DNA of 64,000 nucleotides. Source: Camelus dromedarius. Lineage: Eukaryota. This document shows, in pieces, positions 38,930 to 52,810 of this stretch (the first letter of the stretch is position 1; every line of letters starts with the position of its first letter). The stretch is taken from the NCBI RefSeq assembly GCF_036321535.1, contig NC_087437.1, positions 44,766,001 to 44,830,000 of the forward strand, given 5' to 3'. A program made the translations under genes and the position numbers. The notes beneath the pieces were generated by a model, which ran no database searches, was not told the DNA's origin, and saw only the letters and a program-made list of their open reading frames with translations.

Positions 38930-39145
38930 GAAAGTGCGGGCCGTGGAGTCAGAGAGACTTGGGATTGAATCTACCTCTACCACTTATAATATGATCTTGA
39001 ACTAGTGTCTGAGATTCATTGGTTCTCAATTCCCCTATTTGGAAAGAGGGGGCAGTGTTCCTACCTTAAACGTAAGTGTATTGGTTTAATTAGGTGGTGC
39101 ACTTAGCACACTTAGCCTAGTGCTCACATATGGAAAGTGCGTTAT
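38930..39145 (+). mobile_element. MIR
   Basis: tggagtcagagagacttgggattgaatc..ctctaccactta...gcacttagcaca. Confidence 0.7.
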
Positions 39146-39399
39146 TAGCCCGTTAATTCCAAGTCATGGTCATTGAGTGCCAACTATTTAGAAAAAATGT
39201 GTGCAGAATGTTTTTGTCTAGTTCAACACCCACTAAATCTACATGAACTAAATATTTTAAGTGATTATTTCTGGGAAAAAGATGCAAAGGATATATGTTA
39301 AGATGATAGTGAAAGTTCAATCTAATCTAGAGCTGAATTAATTATAACCTTTTTGGGTTTTTTGTTTTTTGTTTTTTTAACTTTTTTCCACCTCTGTGT

Positions 39400-40670
39400 A
39401 CATGCTAACACTGTCTTCCACCATATTTATAGCCTGCCCTCATTTCATCATCTTTCTCTCCAATGGCTCATCTACTTACAATTCTAATTTCTGGGTAACT
39501 TTACTAAGCTTTGAATTACTTTTCTTTAAAACTGTGATCCATTTTATTTCTCCCCAATTTTCCTGTATTTATTGACCCTTCTTACATTCTGGTTGCTTTC
39601 TCTTACACCAAAAATACACCCCTATCAGTCATGTCTGAAATGTGACAAATAAACTCGTTCTTGATTCTTTTACTCTTTGTAGTTGATGATCACTTTTTTC
39701 TAACTTCTGAACCTAATCTTGATTTCTAGAGAATAATGTAGTTCATAGTTGATGTTTTCCTTTCTTCTCCTCACATTTATTCTCTAAACCGATCACATTG
39801 TCTCCTGTGCTCATGAATCCACAGAGACTCCGGTGACAAAAAAAACACTGGGAATCTCTGAAATGCTACTTCCGATGGACAGGTTTTATCTTAATGTATT
39901 CCTTCACTTCCCTTGAAGCACTGATTATTCATTCACAAACATTCTCTACCTTTTTGACTCCTGTGAAATCACTCTCACATGATTATGTTTACATTTCTCT
40001 GATAATTCTATCTTTAATGTCTTCATTGGTTTTCCTTTTATTCTCCCACCCCTTAAATATCAGTGACAGTCAGAGATCTCATTGTCTTTACACTCAGTGT
40101 ACTTCTATGTGCACTTTACATTTTAACTACCATGTACTCAAACTGTTGTTATATCTTTAGTCCAGGATTTAGTCTTGAACCAAATTTTTCTTGAACAATA
40201 AAATCACTCATTTTCTGGAATAACTTCATATCGAGGTCCCACAAACACATCACTGTGAATGTTTAAGATTTATTTTTTTTTCTCCTAAACCTTCATGTGT
40301 TTCTATATCTTCTAAGTTAATGAAATTTGTATTCATTCATTTTATCAAATCTAGAAATACTAACAAATACTAACAATCTTGACTCCTTTTTAAGATTTCT
40401 ACATCCAAGTAATTACAAAGTATTAACCAATTTTATCTCAGTTATCAAACACATCTCCTCCTCTATTTCTACTTCCTGTGTCCTCTCACTCTCTAATCTC
40501 TCACTCTCTCTGACTGTGTTACTGCAATAACCTATCTATACTTCCTGTTTCCCATCACTTCTCTTTTAAGTTTATTCACAACATACACATCAGTATGTGC
40601 TGTTCTCAGTATACACTTGAAAATATCATCCGCCCTATTCAAAACCCTCCAAGGACTTCCTGTCACCTAC
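39400..40670 (+). mobile_element. Long decayed L2 fragment
   Basis: Pyrimidine-rich L2 motifs (ccttaaatatcagtg, cccacaaacacatc, aatctagaa...aatcttgactcc, ctattcaaaaccctccaaggacttcc). Confidence 0.6.
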
Positions 40671-41049
40671 AGAAGTGGTTTTCAAACTTTGTTTTAACAC
40701 TTGTAGATTTTAAAAGAAAAATGTCACAAAAAGAAAAATTGTATAGAGTTTAATATACAAACACATGTTTTTAGTGATGTAAATTTTAAAACTTGAACTC
40801 TTGGTTATATAGAAAAGCAATGCAATTCCTGGCAAGCAGGATGAAAATCAAACACAATCCAGCATTAGTATAGGTCTTTCCTTGTTACTGAGTACTTTAT
40901 ATGCTTTTTTTTTTCTTGATCCTGACATGAACTTTTTGAGTTGAGAAGGATAAGTATATTTACATCTCAACTTTATGGGTGGTGATACAAAGATTGAGAG
41001 ATTAATGGCTTAATCAAGGTTGTCTGGCAATGTTAGACTATTTTAATAA

Positions 41050-42035
41050 GAAAAGAGTCTCAAGTCTTAAAAGGCTCACTGTATAGTGATAAAAACAGAA
41101 ATATAACAAAAATATAATAAATAATGAGGAAAAGCAAATATAAAGTGGTAGGGGAACACTGACAAGAGAATTATGAACTCTGATGGGTTGGTGACGATCG
41201 AGGAAAGCAATAGTTGAAAGAAGCCTGATGAACAGATGAAGGAAAAACATTTCAGGCAGAAGAAGAAATGGCATAAATAAGAGGACAGAGATAGAAAAAG
41301 GTTGCATGTATTCAAGGTTTGGTAAATAGACTGCTCTGACATAGCAGTGGCTATATGGAAATAGTGCAAAGAAGTTTATGGGAAAGAAAGAACTGTTTAA
41401 AGTTGGGACTTGTTTGTGGAATATACTAATGAGTTTTGGCTTTGGTCTGTAGACAGTAAGGACTGTGGTTTGGGTGAAAGTAATTAGTACAATGGCAATG
41501 AATAAGAACTTGCAGAGGATTGTCTCAACACTATAGAAAGAAATTGGCTAGTGTAGTTCTGTGTATTAAGGGTGAGAGAAATTGGAGTCAAGAATGGCAT
41601 AAAATTTCACGTTTGGGAAAACGTAGGTATTACACGATCATCCAAAATAAGAAATGAAGGTGACAGTGGGGAAACACAGGCTCATAATTTGGAACATAAG
41701 TTGATGTGTCTGAAGGATCTTGTAGACAAACAAAAATGGTAAACTAAAAGCAGAAATTAAGCCTAGAGATATTGGGGAACTATTGGTCTGAAGTTGGTAG
41801 TTGAAGCCAGAAAAGTAGACAAAACCACCTAGGGAGTCTGTGAAAAGGAGAAGACTGTGGGTAGACCACTTAGAAACAATAAGGGTTCAAAGTAGAAAAA
41901 AAAAAAAAATCAGATACAGGTAGAAAATAACATATAGAGAACCAGCAGAGTCTAATCACGGACTTAAGACAAAAGAGTTAAAAGAAGGAAGGTGTGCTAA
42001 ATGTTGTCAAATGTTCCAGGAAGGACAGGTAGTTT
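41050..42035 (-). mobile_element. Decayed L2 fragment
   Basis: aaggctcactgtatagtg...aacatttcaggcagaag...ggagtcaagaatg...tggtagttgaagcca...gtcaaatgttccagg. Confidence 0.65.
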
Positions 42036-43372
42036 AGGGGCTGGGGAGATAAACTGAATTTTAAACTGGATCCTGGATAAACTTTTCTTATCAATATCCC
42101 TTCTTCTGTAGTCTTACTAAGTTCTCCATGTGGCAGACATACAGTACGAAGTTTTCCATATCTTGACTTAACTCCATTTCAGTCTATCTATCAGTGAGTC
42201 ATTCTCAACAAAAGTGCTTTCTCAATGCTTAATTGTGCTTTGCCTCCCTTTCTTCATCAGCAGATGGGAGCCATTATTAAACAGCCATTCCTCGTACTTA
42301 ATGTGATAGTGGTGAAGAGCTTCCAAAAGCATATATACTTTTTAATCTTTTCATGATTTTTATGTCAGGATATATACCTGTGTGTAAGTAATGATTATAT
42401 ATTCACATATACATGAAAAAGAATGATGGTGCTAGTATTTTCAGAGACAGTAATGTTTGATCTGTTATGTGTCCAAATCCTATTAGATTCAACTTCCTGA
42501 GATTAAAGACTGTATCCTGCATTTAGTGAAGCACTTGGCATATAGTAAGTGTTAAATGCGTATTCTTTTTTTAATGACTGAAAAAGGGGTGCTGTAAACG
42601 AAGAATGGCATGGCAAGAGAGGCGAATGAGTAAGATAAAGGAGGGGATTACAGTGGAGAATAAGGCACATATGGATCATTTAAATTAATGTTCTGCTTTT
42701 GAATAATTGAAAGTTCAATAAAAACCTCACTAATGGTAACACCTAATTTATGTTCTTACGGGATCATTCAATTTGAGGCTGACTGATATTTCACCTTTGC
42801 ACTATTTATTAAGTTTTGTTTAGCTAAGTATACTAGTAAGATGAAATTATTTCAGGAAGATTATTTATAATTACTCATAGGGTAAACTTTTGAAGGACTT
42901 CAAACTTAGTTATTACATGAAAATAAGTGCCACAAATTGTCCATGCCATACTTTCACTGAAGTTAATTTAAAGATATCTCTATGCAAATTGTGTGTTTCT
43001 CCTAGAATCATACAGACTGGATTTCCTTTAGTTCAGCATCCTACCGTCATCACCACCCTATCAATATTATGATGTTTACTGTTTTTAGCAACATCATCAT
43101 TGCCATTAACACAGTGTCTCCTGTGTGGCCGGCATTGGACAGTTCATAGCACCTCAGTGAAGTATGTTATTATCCAAGTTTCTTAGATGCTATAACTAAT
43201 CCTTTGGAGACTAAGTTGCTTAAGATGGCACAATTAAGTGCCAGAACCAAAATTCTAACTTACTTATATGTTGACTGCCTAAAATAACTCAAAAAAAAAA
43301 AAAAAACCAACCTGTTGATAAACAAAATTAAGAGTATCAAAGCTGTTAAAGAACAATACCACCTTGACTGAG

Positions 43373-43805
43373 TGTATTAGTTTCTGAGGGCTGCCATAAC
43401 AAAGTAGCACAGGATGAATGACTTAAAGAACAGATGGATCATGTTAACAGTTCAAGATTTTATCTGTATTGGTTCCTTTTGAGGCCTGTGACAGAGAATC
43501 AGTTCCAAGCCTCTTACTTCGCTTCTGGTGGTCTTCAGGCAATCCTTGGAGTTCCTTAGCTTGTAGACACATCACTCCAGTCTCTGCCTTCATGTTCCCA
43601 TGGGTTTCTCTCTGTGTGCAAATTTGTCTCTGATTTCCTCTTTTTATAAGGACACTAGGCATATTGTACCAGGGACTCACTCTGCTCCAGTGTGACCTCA
43701 TTCTAATTTAGACCTCGTATATGTAATGACCTCTTTCCAAATAAGATCACATTCTGAGGTACTGAAGGTTAGGACTTCAATGTATGAATTATTCAAACCA
43801 TAGCA
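43373..43805 (-). mobile_element. MLT1B/C-like MaLR solo LTR
   Basis: tgtattagtttctgagggctgccataacaaag...ttttataaggacact...cacattctgaggtactg...accatagca; TSD ctgag/ctgtg. Confidence 0.88.
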
Positions 43806-44563
43806 CTGTGTCTTAGTATTATCTCAAAATGGGGGAAAATTGGGAAAGGACACGTATGGTATTTTATGCCTTGGTTGTATGGTTTTATGGCAGATCTTAA
43901 AAAGTGGAGTAATGTTTGGGACTGGACAGAGTTTCTGACAAATTAGTTTTAGATTGGCAGGCAAAATGAGAAGAGAAACATAAACAAGTTTTGATAAATA
44001 AGCTGTTAGTCTTGCTAGGTAAGCTGTTCGGTTGATTCATGGTCTTATTATCCAAAAGTACATATATGCTAGAGCAAACAGCTAAATTATTTTTTTTTAT
44101 CACAGTATTGTTCAAAATAGGGAGTGGAGAGTATGCTTGATCACAGAATTATTTAATATATAGGGAATTGCAATTATGTTGGTTTCAGTTCTCATCTGTA
44201 TGACTTCTGAGTCTATCAACTACATAATCCTAACTTTCTTTCCCACTACTGATACATTCCAAAGTAGTCTGTTCTGCTTTTGGATTGCTCTGATAAATAG
44301 TTCTAATAGAATTCAAATTAAATTTGTTACCTTGTGCGCTCATTGTCAGTGTAGACTGGATTGAATGTGTCTTTTCCATGATAGTTTTCAGAAAGATTAT
44401 TTATCTGTCATCTGCATGCATACATATATCCTATCCCAAGTCTTATATTTTCTAGATAAATAATTCTAGTTGCTCCAGGTTTTCAAATAAAAGTTCCATG
44501 TTAAGTAATTACTTCCTAAGATGCTTGTGCTGTTGATAGCTGTAAGAGCATTGTTTTAGGTAG

Positions 44564-44928
44564 TGTCTTATTAGTCCATTCGAGCTGCCGTAACAAAGTA
44601 TCACAGACTGAGTGGCTTATAAACAGCAGAAATTTATTTGGTAAGTTCTGGAAGCTGGAAATCCAAGACCAGGGTGCCTTCATGGTCAGGTGAGGGTCCT
44701 CCTTCAGGCTGCAGAATTCTTGTTATATCCTCACATAAGGAACTAGGGAGCTCTGTGAGGTTGTTTTTTTTTTTATATAAGGGCCCTGATTCCAATGGTG
44801 AAAACAGAGCCCTCATGACCTAATCACATCCCAAAGGCCCCATCTCCTGATACCATTGCTTTGGAGATTAGGATTTCAGCATATGAATTGTGGAGTTGGA
44901 GCAGGGCGTAAATATTCAGACCATGGCA
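44564..44928 (-). mobile_element. MLT1A0-like MaLR solo LTR
   Basis: tgtctta..agtccattcgagctgccgtaacaaagtatcacagactg...cctcatgacctaatcac..ccaaaggcccc...attcagaccatggca; TSD ggtag/gatag. Confidence 0.9.
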
Positions 44929-45578
44929 GATAGTTAGTTATCAACATCCTGTGTCTTCTTGCATCCTGAAATCTATCTACTCCTGCAAGTACAAAATGTA
45001 TTACAGTATCTCGATTCACTTCAGTCATCTTAACATTAAGGTTCTGATGATGCAATATGTTACCACTTTATTGGCAGCAGGTAAAGTCACGAGGTCATTC
45101 TACCCCAAATATATCTTACTATTGTTTTGAAGTAAGTTTTGCAGTGTTCAAAATACCATGTACCCTGTACCCTAGGCTTTTTTTAAATCAAAAACATTCC
45201 TTTCTACAGCCTTGTAGCATATAATTTAATATATAAAATAGAGAAAGGGTTTCAGATATGGGTTTTGTATCCAAGATATCTTACTCTACAATAAGTCGGC
45301 ATTTGGAAAAAGGGGGAAGGGACTGCATGCAAATAATCATATCTTCTGAGTAAGAAAACATTCTTTTGTAAGTACAAATAATGTTGAGTTACAGAATTCT
45401 GCTCATTTTAATTTATATTTTGTGATTGGTTAATTAAATCAGTAGAATGAAGTCCAACAATCAAAAGAAACCTTAAGGCAATTTAGAGTCCTTCTGAATC
45501 TTTAAAGAAGATCCAATAAACACTTGAAAAATAAAATCAATGAAGAGTTTAAGTTGTTTATTTGCTGGTTTTCCACAG

Positions 45579-45674
45579 GGTCCGAGTTTTCTCTCTGAGG
45601 CCCTTTTCCCTAAACATGCAACAAAAATTGAAGAAATGGATCCTTTTTTCAACCTTCATGAGACCATTACCAAG
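45579..45674 (+). CDS. NAALADL2: NAALADL2 next coding exon (96 nt, phase 0/0; probably orthologous to human exon 11)
   Basis: Acceptor ggttttccacag|GGT at 45578/45579 and donor AAG|gtagga at 45674/45675. Translation GPSFLSEALFPKHATKIEEMDPFFNLHETITK continues directly in frame from the 457-603 exon, as in human NAALADL2 (..LE|GPSFLSEA..EEMDPSFNLHETITK). Confidence 0.95.
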
Positions 45675-48639
45675 GTAGGAGAGAAACACTTTCATGAAAA
45701 TGTTGAGAAAGTTTTGTTCTTTTTGTTAGTAGATGGAAGAAAGGAAAATAACCATCAAGAAAAATCTATATATATATTTATTTGTAGAATATATTAGGAA
45801 GGATTCTAAGTATCTCCTATTATTTCACTAAGGAGTAAAGATGATAAGCAACTCAATCAAGATCAAACAGACCGATAATTGATGATTTGTCTTCAAAATC
45901 AATTCTTAATAAAATTCTTAATCTGAAAGTAGACTTGTGGTATATTCTCAAGTGTACCCCCTTCACTTTAGATTAAGGGCAATACAAAATGAGTCTTTGA
46001 ATTTCTATATCTTGAAAATTTTGTTGCAGTATTTAAGGTACTTGGTTGTCTATGGGACTTTTTCACTGCAGTAAAAAAAAGAGGGGGGGCTACTTTTTTT
46101 TTTTTGAAGATAAAGACTGAACTTATAACAATTGTTTTTACTCAATGATGCTCATACCTATTTTTACTGTATATTCTTGGCTGTGAGTTTATGGAATGAA
46201 GAAAATTAAATTCTGGAGTATGGAACAAATAAGTTAAATGTTCTGAGATCATATGACATAGAATTTTTACATTGACCAACTATTGGTTTAATGAGTCATA
46301 ACCTGCCTTTTGGGGACAGAGTTTGCAGAGAATATTGGCATTTCAGTACCCTTAAAGAATCCATATTTATATATGCTTAGTTGAAAGATTGACTCATTCT
46401 TAACTCTTCCTAGTGAAATTTTTCAAGGCTGTTTTTCTGCTTTAGAACGAGGAATTGTGGTATAATAACTGAAGTCAATGAGTGGTAATAGAATGAGCTC
46501 AAAATATAAAAACTAAAATTCTAGGTCTACCCTGGCATTTAAGAGCTGTGTGAATTTTTTCTTAACTTTTAAAATCAGAGGAGTTTGGACCATATTTTAC
46601 TTAAAATTCTCCTGAGCCAAAATTTCTGAATTTTAACTACATTTATAACTTTTTTTTTTCTTTCCAGTCTATTCTAGTTCCTTGATTTAGTTTTGAATAT
46701 ATCCATCCTATGATCATTCATTATTAGCAAGATAAATGTGGCCCCCACTCCCAAATAATAACTCCATAACATTCAATATCTTAAGTAAATTCTTAGTATG
46801 TGGAGAGAAGATAGATAGGTAAATAGATTGGATAGATAGGAAGAAAGAGATACCTATATATGTCCGTATCTTTTTGAGTATGTATCTATAATTTGGATGA
46901 GTGTGTGTATATATATGTAAATGTATGTATTAAAGTATATATATTCAAATATTATGGATACTTAGTCTAGATTTATTTACTTATTTTTAAGTAAAGCATT
47001 AGGACATTTTTAGGGCAATGAAATCATAATGTTTTCTCCAATTTTCCTGCTTTCCTCTGGATCAGGAAATTCATGGGTTTTTTTGGTGGAGGGGGCAATT
47101 TGAGACCATATTGATATCAGATATATAATGAGATGAAGTCCCCAGCCAAAGAAAATTCTAAGGTTTTAATTTTAGAGGTATAAAAATACACCGATTCTTG
47201 CTGCATGAGTTCTTGGCCACACTACAACTCCTGAGAGAATGTTGGGAAGCAAGGATGGATAGGTCAGAAAGGGTATAGGGGAGCAGAGAACATAACCTAA
47301 ACTTATATATGAGGTCCGTACTTAGTGTGAAACACCCAGAAAATAAAAGAGCATTTGATAGAAGGCACACATTTGTGCACAGATATTGTTTCATGTTCTA
47401 TGTATATTTTCAACTGTATTTCTTGTATAAATAGATGTTTAACCTATTAAGTGGATGGTGGAAAGAATTCTATATCTATGAAATAACACTTAAAGTACAG
47501 AAGCAAGTGGTCTGTGACTTTTTTGATGACCACATATATTTACCTATGTCGATACTGTTTCCCCAGTCATCATTTTACCTGTGGTAACCAATCATGTTGC
47601 AGATATAGGCCAAGGGAGGAAACTGTGCTTCAGAATTTCAGTCTTATTTCAGTGTGAGATTATAGAAATAGCACTGGATTTTAAATAAAAAGACATAGCT
47701 AGGTATAAATTCTGTCACTGTTAACTATGAAAAAATGATATGAAATATGAGGAACAGTTTGTAAAATGATAAAGCATTATTTTCATTGAGATATCAATAC
47801 TAAAACTTTTTCAACAGTTCAGAAGCAATTGAAATATTGAAGATATTATTTCTTATTTCTCCCAGTAAAAGTTTAAATTTGATAAACAACACAATAACAC
47901 AATCACATATTTGATGTTTTCTAACTAAATACAATAAATACATACATCTTATACAAACTTTTTAAAAATATGACTATTCCTTTCAAGTTACTAACTTTAT
48001 TTTAGACCTTTGTGATAGGTCACAAATAAAATTTATGTCAAATTACATTACAATTTATAAATATGAAAAAGTTAAGAATTTATCTTGGTGCTTTTCTGAA
48101 TTCAAAAGAAATTAAAAAATAAACCATTCTCATACATGGGATGTGAGATGTGAATTCTAGCAAGTTTTTTTTCAGTGTTGTCTTGTAGTTCTTTTTCTTT
48201 TTTTTTATTTTACAGAGTTTGAATTTATCTTGGCATTTGTCTTTTTGATATAAAGCATGAGACCTAAGAAAATAATAAATGAGGCTCAATATTGCTGCCA
48301 AAAGGTATAATTTCATCATGGCTTCAATGACAGTCAGGTGGTACAGTACAAAATTGCCAAAGGGTGACACATTACATCGATGTTGAAGATGTTTTCTTAT
48401 CCTCTATAATTACTGTAAAAAATAGCATTTGTTTTTTAAAATAATCATAAAAGCCAAACTAATTCTTCCAGAGATTGAATATGAGGAAATACCAATATAA
48501 ACCTTAGCTGCTTAATCCTTTAATAAATGAATTAAAATCACTATAGATTTATGTTTTGAAAAAGGCTTATTTCTCCTGTGTGTAGGAATTTTCTAGTTAT
48601 AGTTCTAAATCTTCAACATTTAGCTCATAAATTGTTATT

Positions 48640-49275
48640 AGTTATCTAAGCATTCTTGTAGTATACTACTGTAATCCAAGGATGAAGCAAAATACTTGAA
48701 ATACAGAACAATTAATACATAGGAGTGGGTTCAAGGGAGTAAACAGATATGCAAATTATTTCAATATAACACAGTAAAAGAAGTGATGGTAGTATAGACA
48801 AGGTTTGGGAGGGAAGAAGACGGAACTTTTACCTCTGACTAAGAGACCTGAAGAATTTACCAGAGAGGTGATGTTTGAAGAATTTTAGAATTTAAACTTT
48901 TATCTTAATGTCAATGAATTTCTTCTGAGAGTTCTTTACAAAGCAAGTTATTGGTAGTAGTGTATGAGAAATGATGATGTGTATTTTGGAAAACAAGGCA
49001 GATTTGAGAGACATTTTTAGGATTAAATAACAGGATACATAATTTGCTGGATATGGGACATAAAGCAGAATGAACAGTAAAGGATAATTTGAATAGTCCT
49101 ATCTCGGACAAAGTTGATATTACTGAATTAAGTAAATTAGGGGCTGGCCTAAAGAAAGTGATAATGAGTTTTACATTGGCTATGTGGAATTTTGCATGCC
49201 ATAGGGCATCGAGGGAGGTATGTCAAGGAGGCAGGTGGCTACATGAGGTTAGAGCTTAGAAAGAAGTAGGATCTA
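48640..49275 (-). mobile_element. Decayed L2 fragment
   Basis: agagaggtgatgtttga...gatttgagagacattt...ataatgagttt...aggaggcaggtgg. Confidence 0.55.
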
Positions 49276-49279
49276 GAAA

Positions 49280-49455
49280 TGTATTATCTAATATAATAAA
49301 CAATAGTCACATGTAGATTTAAATTGAATTAAAAAATTAATTAAACCAGAATTTTATTTTCTCAATTTCATTAGCCACAATTCACTTGCTTAGTGATCAC
49401 ATATGGCTAGTGGCTGCTGCATTGATTATGGAACATTTTTATCATCACCGATGAC
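49280..49455 (-). mobile_element. MER3-like hAT MITE
   Basis: ttagccacaattcacttgcttagtg..cacatatggctagtggct...gaacatttttatcatcac. Confidence 0.7.
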
Positions 49456-49488
49456 ACAGATGGTGTTACCTTAACAGTATTCATGCTC

Positions 49489-49540
49489 GGGACAAAAAGC
49501 AAAATGGGAGGGGACAAAAAGCAAAATGGGAGGGGACAAA
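49489..49540. repeat. 22-bp tandem repeat, 2.4 copies
   Basis: gggacaaaaagcaaaatgggag twice, plus gggacaaa. Confidence 0.95.
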
Positions 49541-49609
49541 GGACCCAGGGTAAAGTGTTTCATGGAATCTACAGGAAGATAATATTGTAAGAAAGAGTTA
49601 ATGTTCAAA

Positions 49610-50395
49610 AGCAAATCCACCCACCACATTGCACCCATTAGGATGGCTAATGTCAAACTACAAAACAAAACAAAGTAGAAAATATGTGTTGGTGAGGATA
49701 TGGAGAAATTGAAACCTTTGTGAACTGCTGGTAGGAATATAAAGTGGTACAGCAGCTGTGGGAAACAGCATGGCAGCTTCTCAAAAAATTAAAAACTAGA
49801 GCTACCACATAATCCACCCGTTCTACTTCTGGATCTACTTCATGATCCACAAATTCTACTTTATGTAACCTACAGAATTGAAAGTGAACTCTCGAAGAGA
49901 TAATTTGTACACCCATATTGATAACAGCATTATTCACAATAGCTAAAATGTGGAAGCCACCCAAGTGTCCATAGATGGATAAACGGATAAGCAAAATGTG
50001 GTGTGTACATACAATAGAATATTATTCAGCCTTCGTAAGATAGGAAATTCTAACATTGCTATAACATGGATATACTTTGAAGACGCTATGTTAAGTGAAA
50101 TAAGCCAGTTTCAAAAGAAAAATACTGTATGATGCCGCTTACATGAGGTTCCTAGAGTTGTCACGATTATAGAGACAGAGAACAGAATGCTGGTTTCCAG
50201 GAGTGAGGGGAAGGAGGGAATGGGGAGTTACTGTTTAATGGGTGTAGAGTTTCAGTTTTAAAAGATGAAAAGAGCTGTGGAGATGGATAGTGGTGATGGT
50301 TACACATATGAATGTATTTAATATCACTGAACTATACACTTAAAAGTAGTTAAAATGGTAAATTTTATGTCATTTTTGTTTTACCACAATTTTTT
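49610..50395 (+). mobile_element. L1MB-type ORF2 C-terminus plus 3'UTR
   Basis: cacccattaggatggcta...gttggtgaggatatggagaaattgaaacc...ggggagttactgtttaatggg...ttttaccacaat; small internal duplication at 49808-49862. Confidence 0.9.
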
Positions 50396-51204
50396 TAATT
50401 GGGAAAAAAAAGTATATTCACTCAATCTACTGCTTATTCACTGTAACTTGTGAACCAGTTATTTGGAATTTTAAAGTTGTTTTTCTCTTCATTTATGCCT
50501 GACCCTCAGTTCTCTGCTATTTTCCTTAAAGAGCTTCACACAGCTTGGTACCCATTTCTTTGGTCTACTTTTAACTGATGTAATGCCCTGTATTTATTTC
50601 ATATGATTTTATATTTAATGTATTATCACTTTCTTGCTAAAATTTTGTCACAATAGACATCAATAAATGATAAATGATGACTTGTATTTTAAACAAAACA
50701 AACACTGTAGCTATGTTTAGAAGAAAAGGACTTTAAAATCAAATGTGAATATAGAGCATTTGGAGTGTCAGAAAAGGTACTATTTTTCATATTATTGAAT
50801 TAATAGTACTTTTCTTCTAACCCTAAATGCTCTGTATTATATTTTAAAACCTCTGTGTATGAATGGTACATCCAGTAAACCAAAAAAAGCCTTGTACATG
50901 TGGTACCATGGAAACCAGCAAATGACCTAATTCTGCTTGTGAGCTTCCTTCAGAAATATCAGTTTATTAGCCCTTTCATTGTTTTTTCCACCTTATTTAA
51001 GGAAACACTGGTTCTTTAATAAGTATAGGATATGCAATATTAATATATTTTTATTAGAATATAGTTTTTAAACATATTCTTAAATGGATATACATTTCTT
51101 CTTTTTCTTGTATGAGGTCAAAATAGAGATCTTCTACTAAAATTATTTGGACATTATAATATACCAAAGAGAAAAGCAGTAGAAATAATATAGTATTTAT
51201 TCCT

Positions 51205-51207
<3 letters not shown>

Positions 51208-51256
<49 letters not shown>
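51208..51256. repeat. (AT)19(AC)5 compound microsatellite
   Basis: Read directly from the sequence. Confidence 0.95.
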
Positions 51257-52810
51257 GAAATTATCATAGTGAGATTAAATTGCAGAATAAGGCAGTATTT
51301 CTGTAAAGCCTAGAAATCAAGGCTAGTAATTCTTTTATAGTGTATAGTCTATCAATTTAGTTATATTTGCCCTTACAGATTTTAACTATAAATTTTAACT
51401 CAGTTTTGCAGTGTCATGAGCAAAGGCTAATGGTGATGTCCTCAATGATGAAAAAATTTTAATAATTCTAATTTTAGTTAATTAACCATTTTAGTTAATA
51501 TTAATTGCATTTGGCTGTCTTCATTTGGAAATGATTAACCAGGATCACTTTAATTAACAGAGTCATATTCTAATATATATTTTTAAACATGACTTGTGAA
51601 ATACGAATCTACAGTTATTTTTAAATGTCACTACTAAATATGTTTTGCCAGTTGTTATTAAGATTCTTAGAGCATGGTAACTGAAAACTTAAAAGAATCT
51701 ACTCATAACTACAGAATAGAGAGGCAGACTAAAATACAGAATGATTTTATTTCTCTTGAGATGTCATTCTCAGCTGTGACTTAAAAATATAGCTCAGGAG
51801 CCTTATATAAAGTAAGAGGAAAGGGATGAGACCGAATATTTTTTATTGAGTTTCCTGAATTTCAAAGGCATGTTGTATTCATGAGCTAATAGAATTTCTG
51901 GTGCAGTTTTTTAAATGCCTAGAAAACTTGGCTCTGATTTCTAATCTGAATGAGCAAATCTGATTATCTTCCAAGTTTATCTCTGATGTTGATATGTTTG
52001 GATAAAATATGAGAATATGTATTTTACTAAGTAAAGCAAACAAAATGATATTCTTTAATCATTTTTATGTATACATTTGAGGTTATTCTGAAGCTGTAGA
52101 TTTAAAGCTTTTTATTTTTAAAAACACCTTGACATTTTTTTTTCTGCTATGTGAAATTACTGTTTCTAGATGCAAAATGTCTCCATAGAGATCTATACTC
52201 TATGTATTCATGACATGAACTAAACCAGAAAATGCCCCAAATATGTATTTCAGATGCAGAGATTGTACTTCATAATAAAGAATTACGGTTGGAGCTACTC
52301 AAGGGAGATGATAGGATATTAAGAACTAAATCTTATGCTGTGAAATGGAATATTATAGGTGTGTAGTTTATCCATAAATGTATAATTAAACTCAATATCT
52401 TCATTTACTGAAATTGGAGATTGTGCCAACTGTATTTTCTCTTGCCTAGAGAGGTTTGGTTTATTGTTTTTCATTATACTGTACAAATATAATTTCTAAA
52501 GGCATACCATACTATCAGTTTGTCTTTTTGTTTTTATTACTCAAAAGCAAATTATTACACAATAAAAACTTGTCAAAATTTGACTCCGTTTTTAAAGAGA
52601 AGCTATTCATCAAATTAGGTACTTTGCTATAACATATTTAGAAAGTTACTACTTTATATTAAGGTAGGAGTAAGTAGAAAGGCTGTTTCTTTGAGCATAT
52701 ATTTATATATATATAAAGACTGATTTTGACATGTGTTTGTTACAGAATATAGATGTACCAATAATAGAAATCAGAATAGGAAGTTCTGTGGTCATCTGTA
52801 AATAATATGA

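Larger units (their letters stand above)
604..45578 (+). other. NAALADL2: NAALADL2 GT-AG intron, 44,975 nt
   Basis: Bounded by gt at 604 and ag at 45577-45578. The flanking exons join in frame with no residues missing relative to the recalled human protein. Confidence 0.9.

Noticed and set aside
39860..42035. Adjacent oppositely oriented L2 fragments as a possible long hairpin
   Set aside because: Both copies are too decayed; I could not see extended complementarity.
45540..45797. 85-aa ORF as a stand-alone gene (likewise ORF 424-645)
   Set aside because: Only the splice-bounded cores are NAALADL2 coding sequence; the flanks are intronic read-through.
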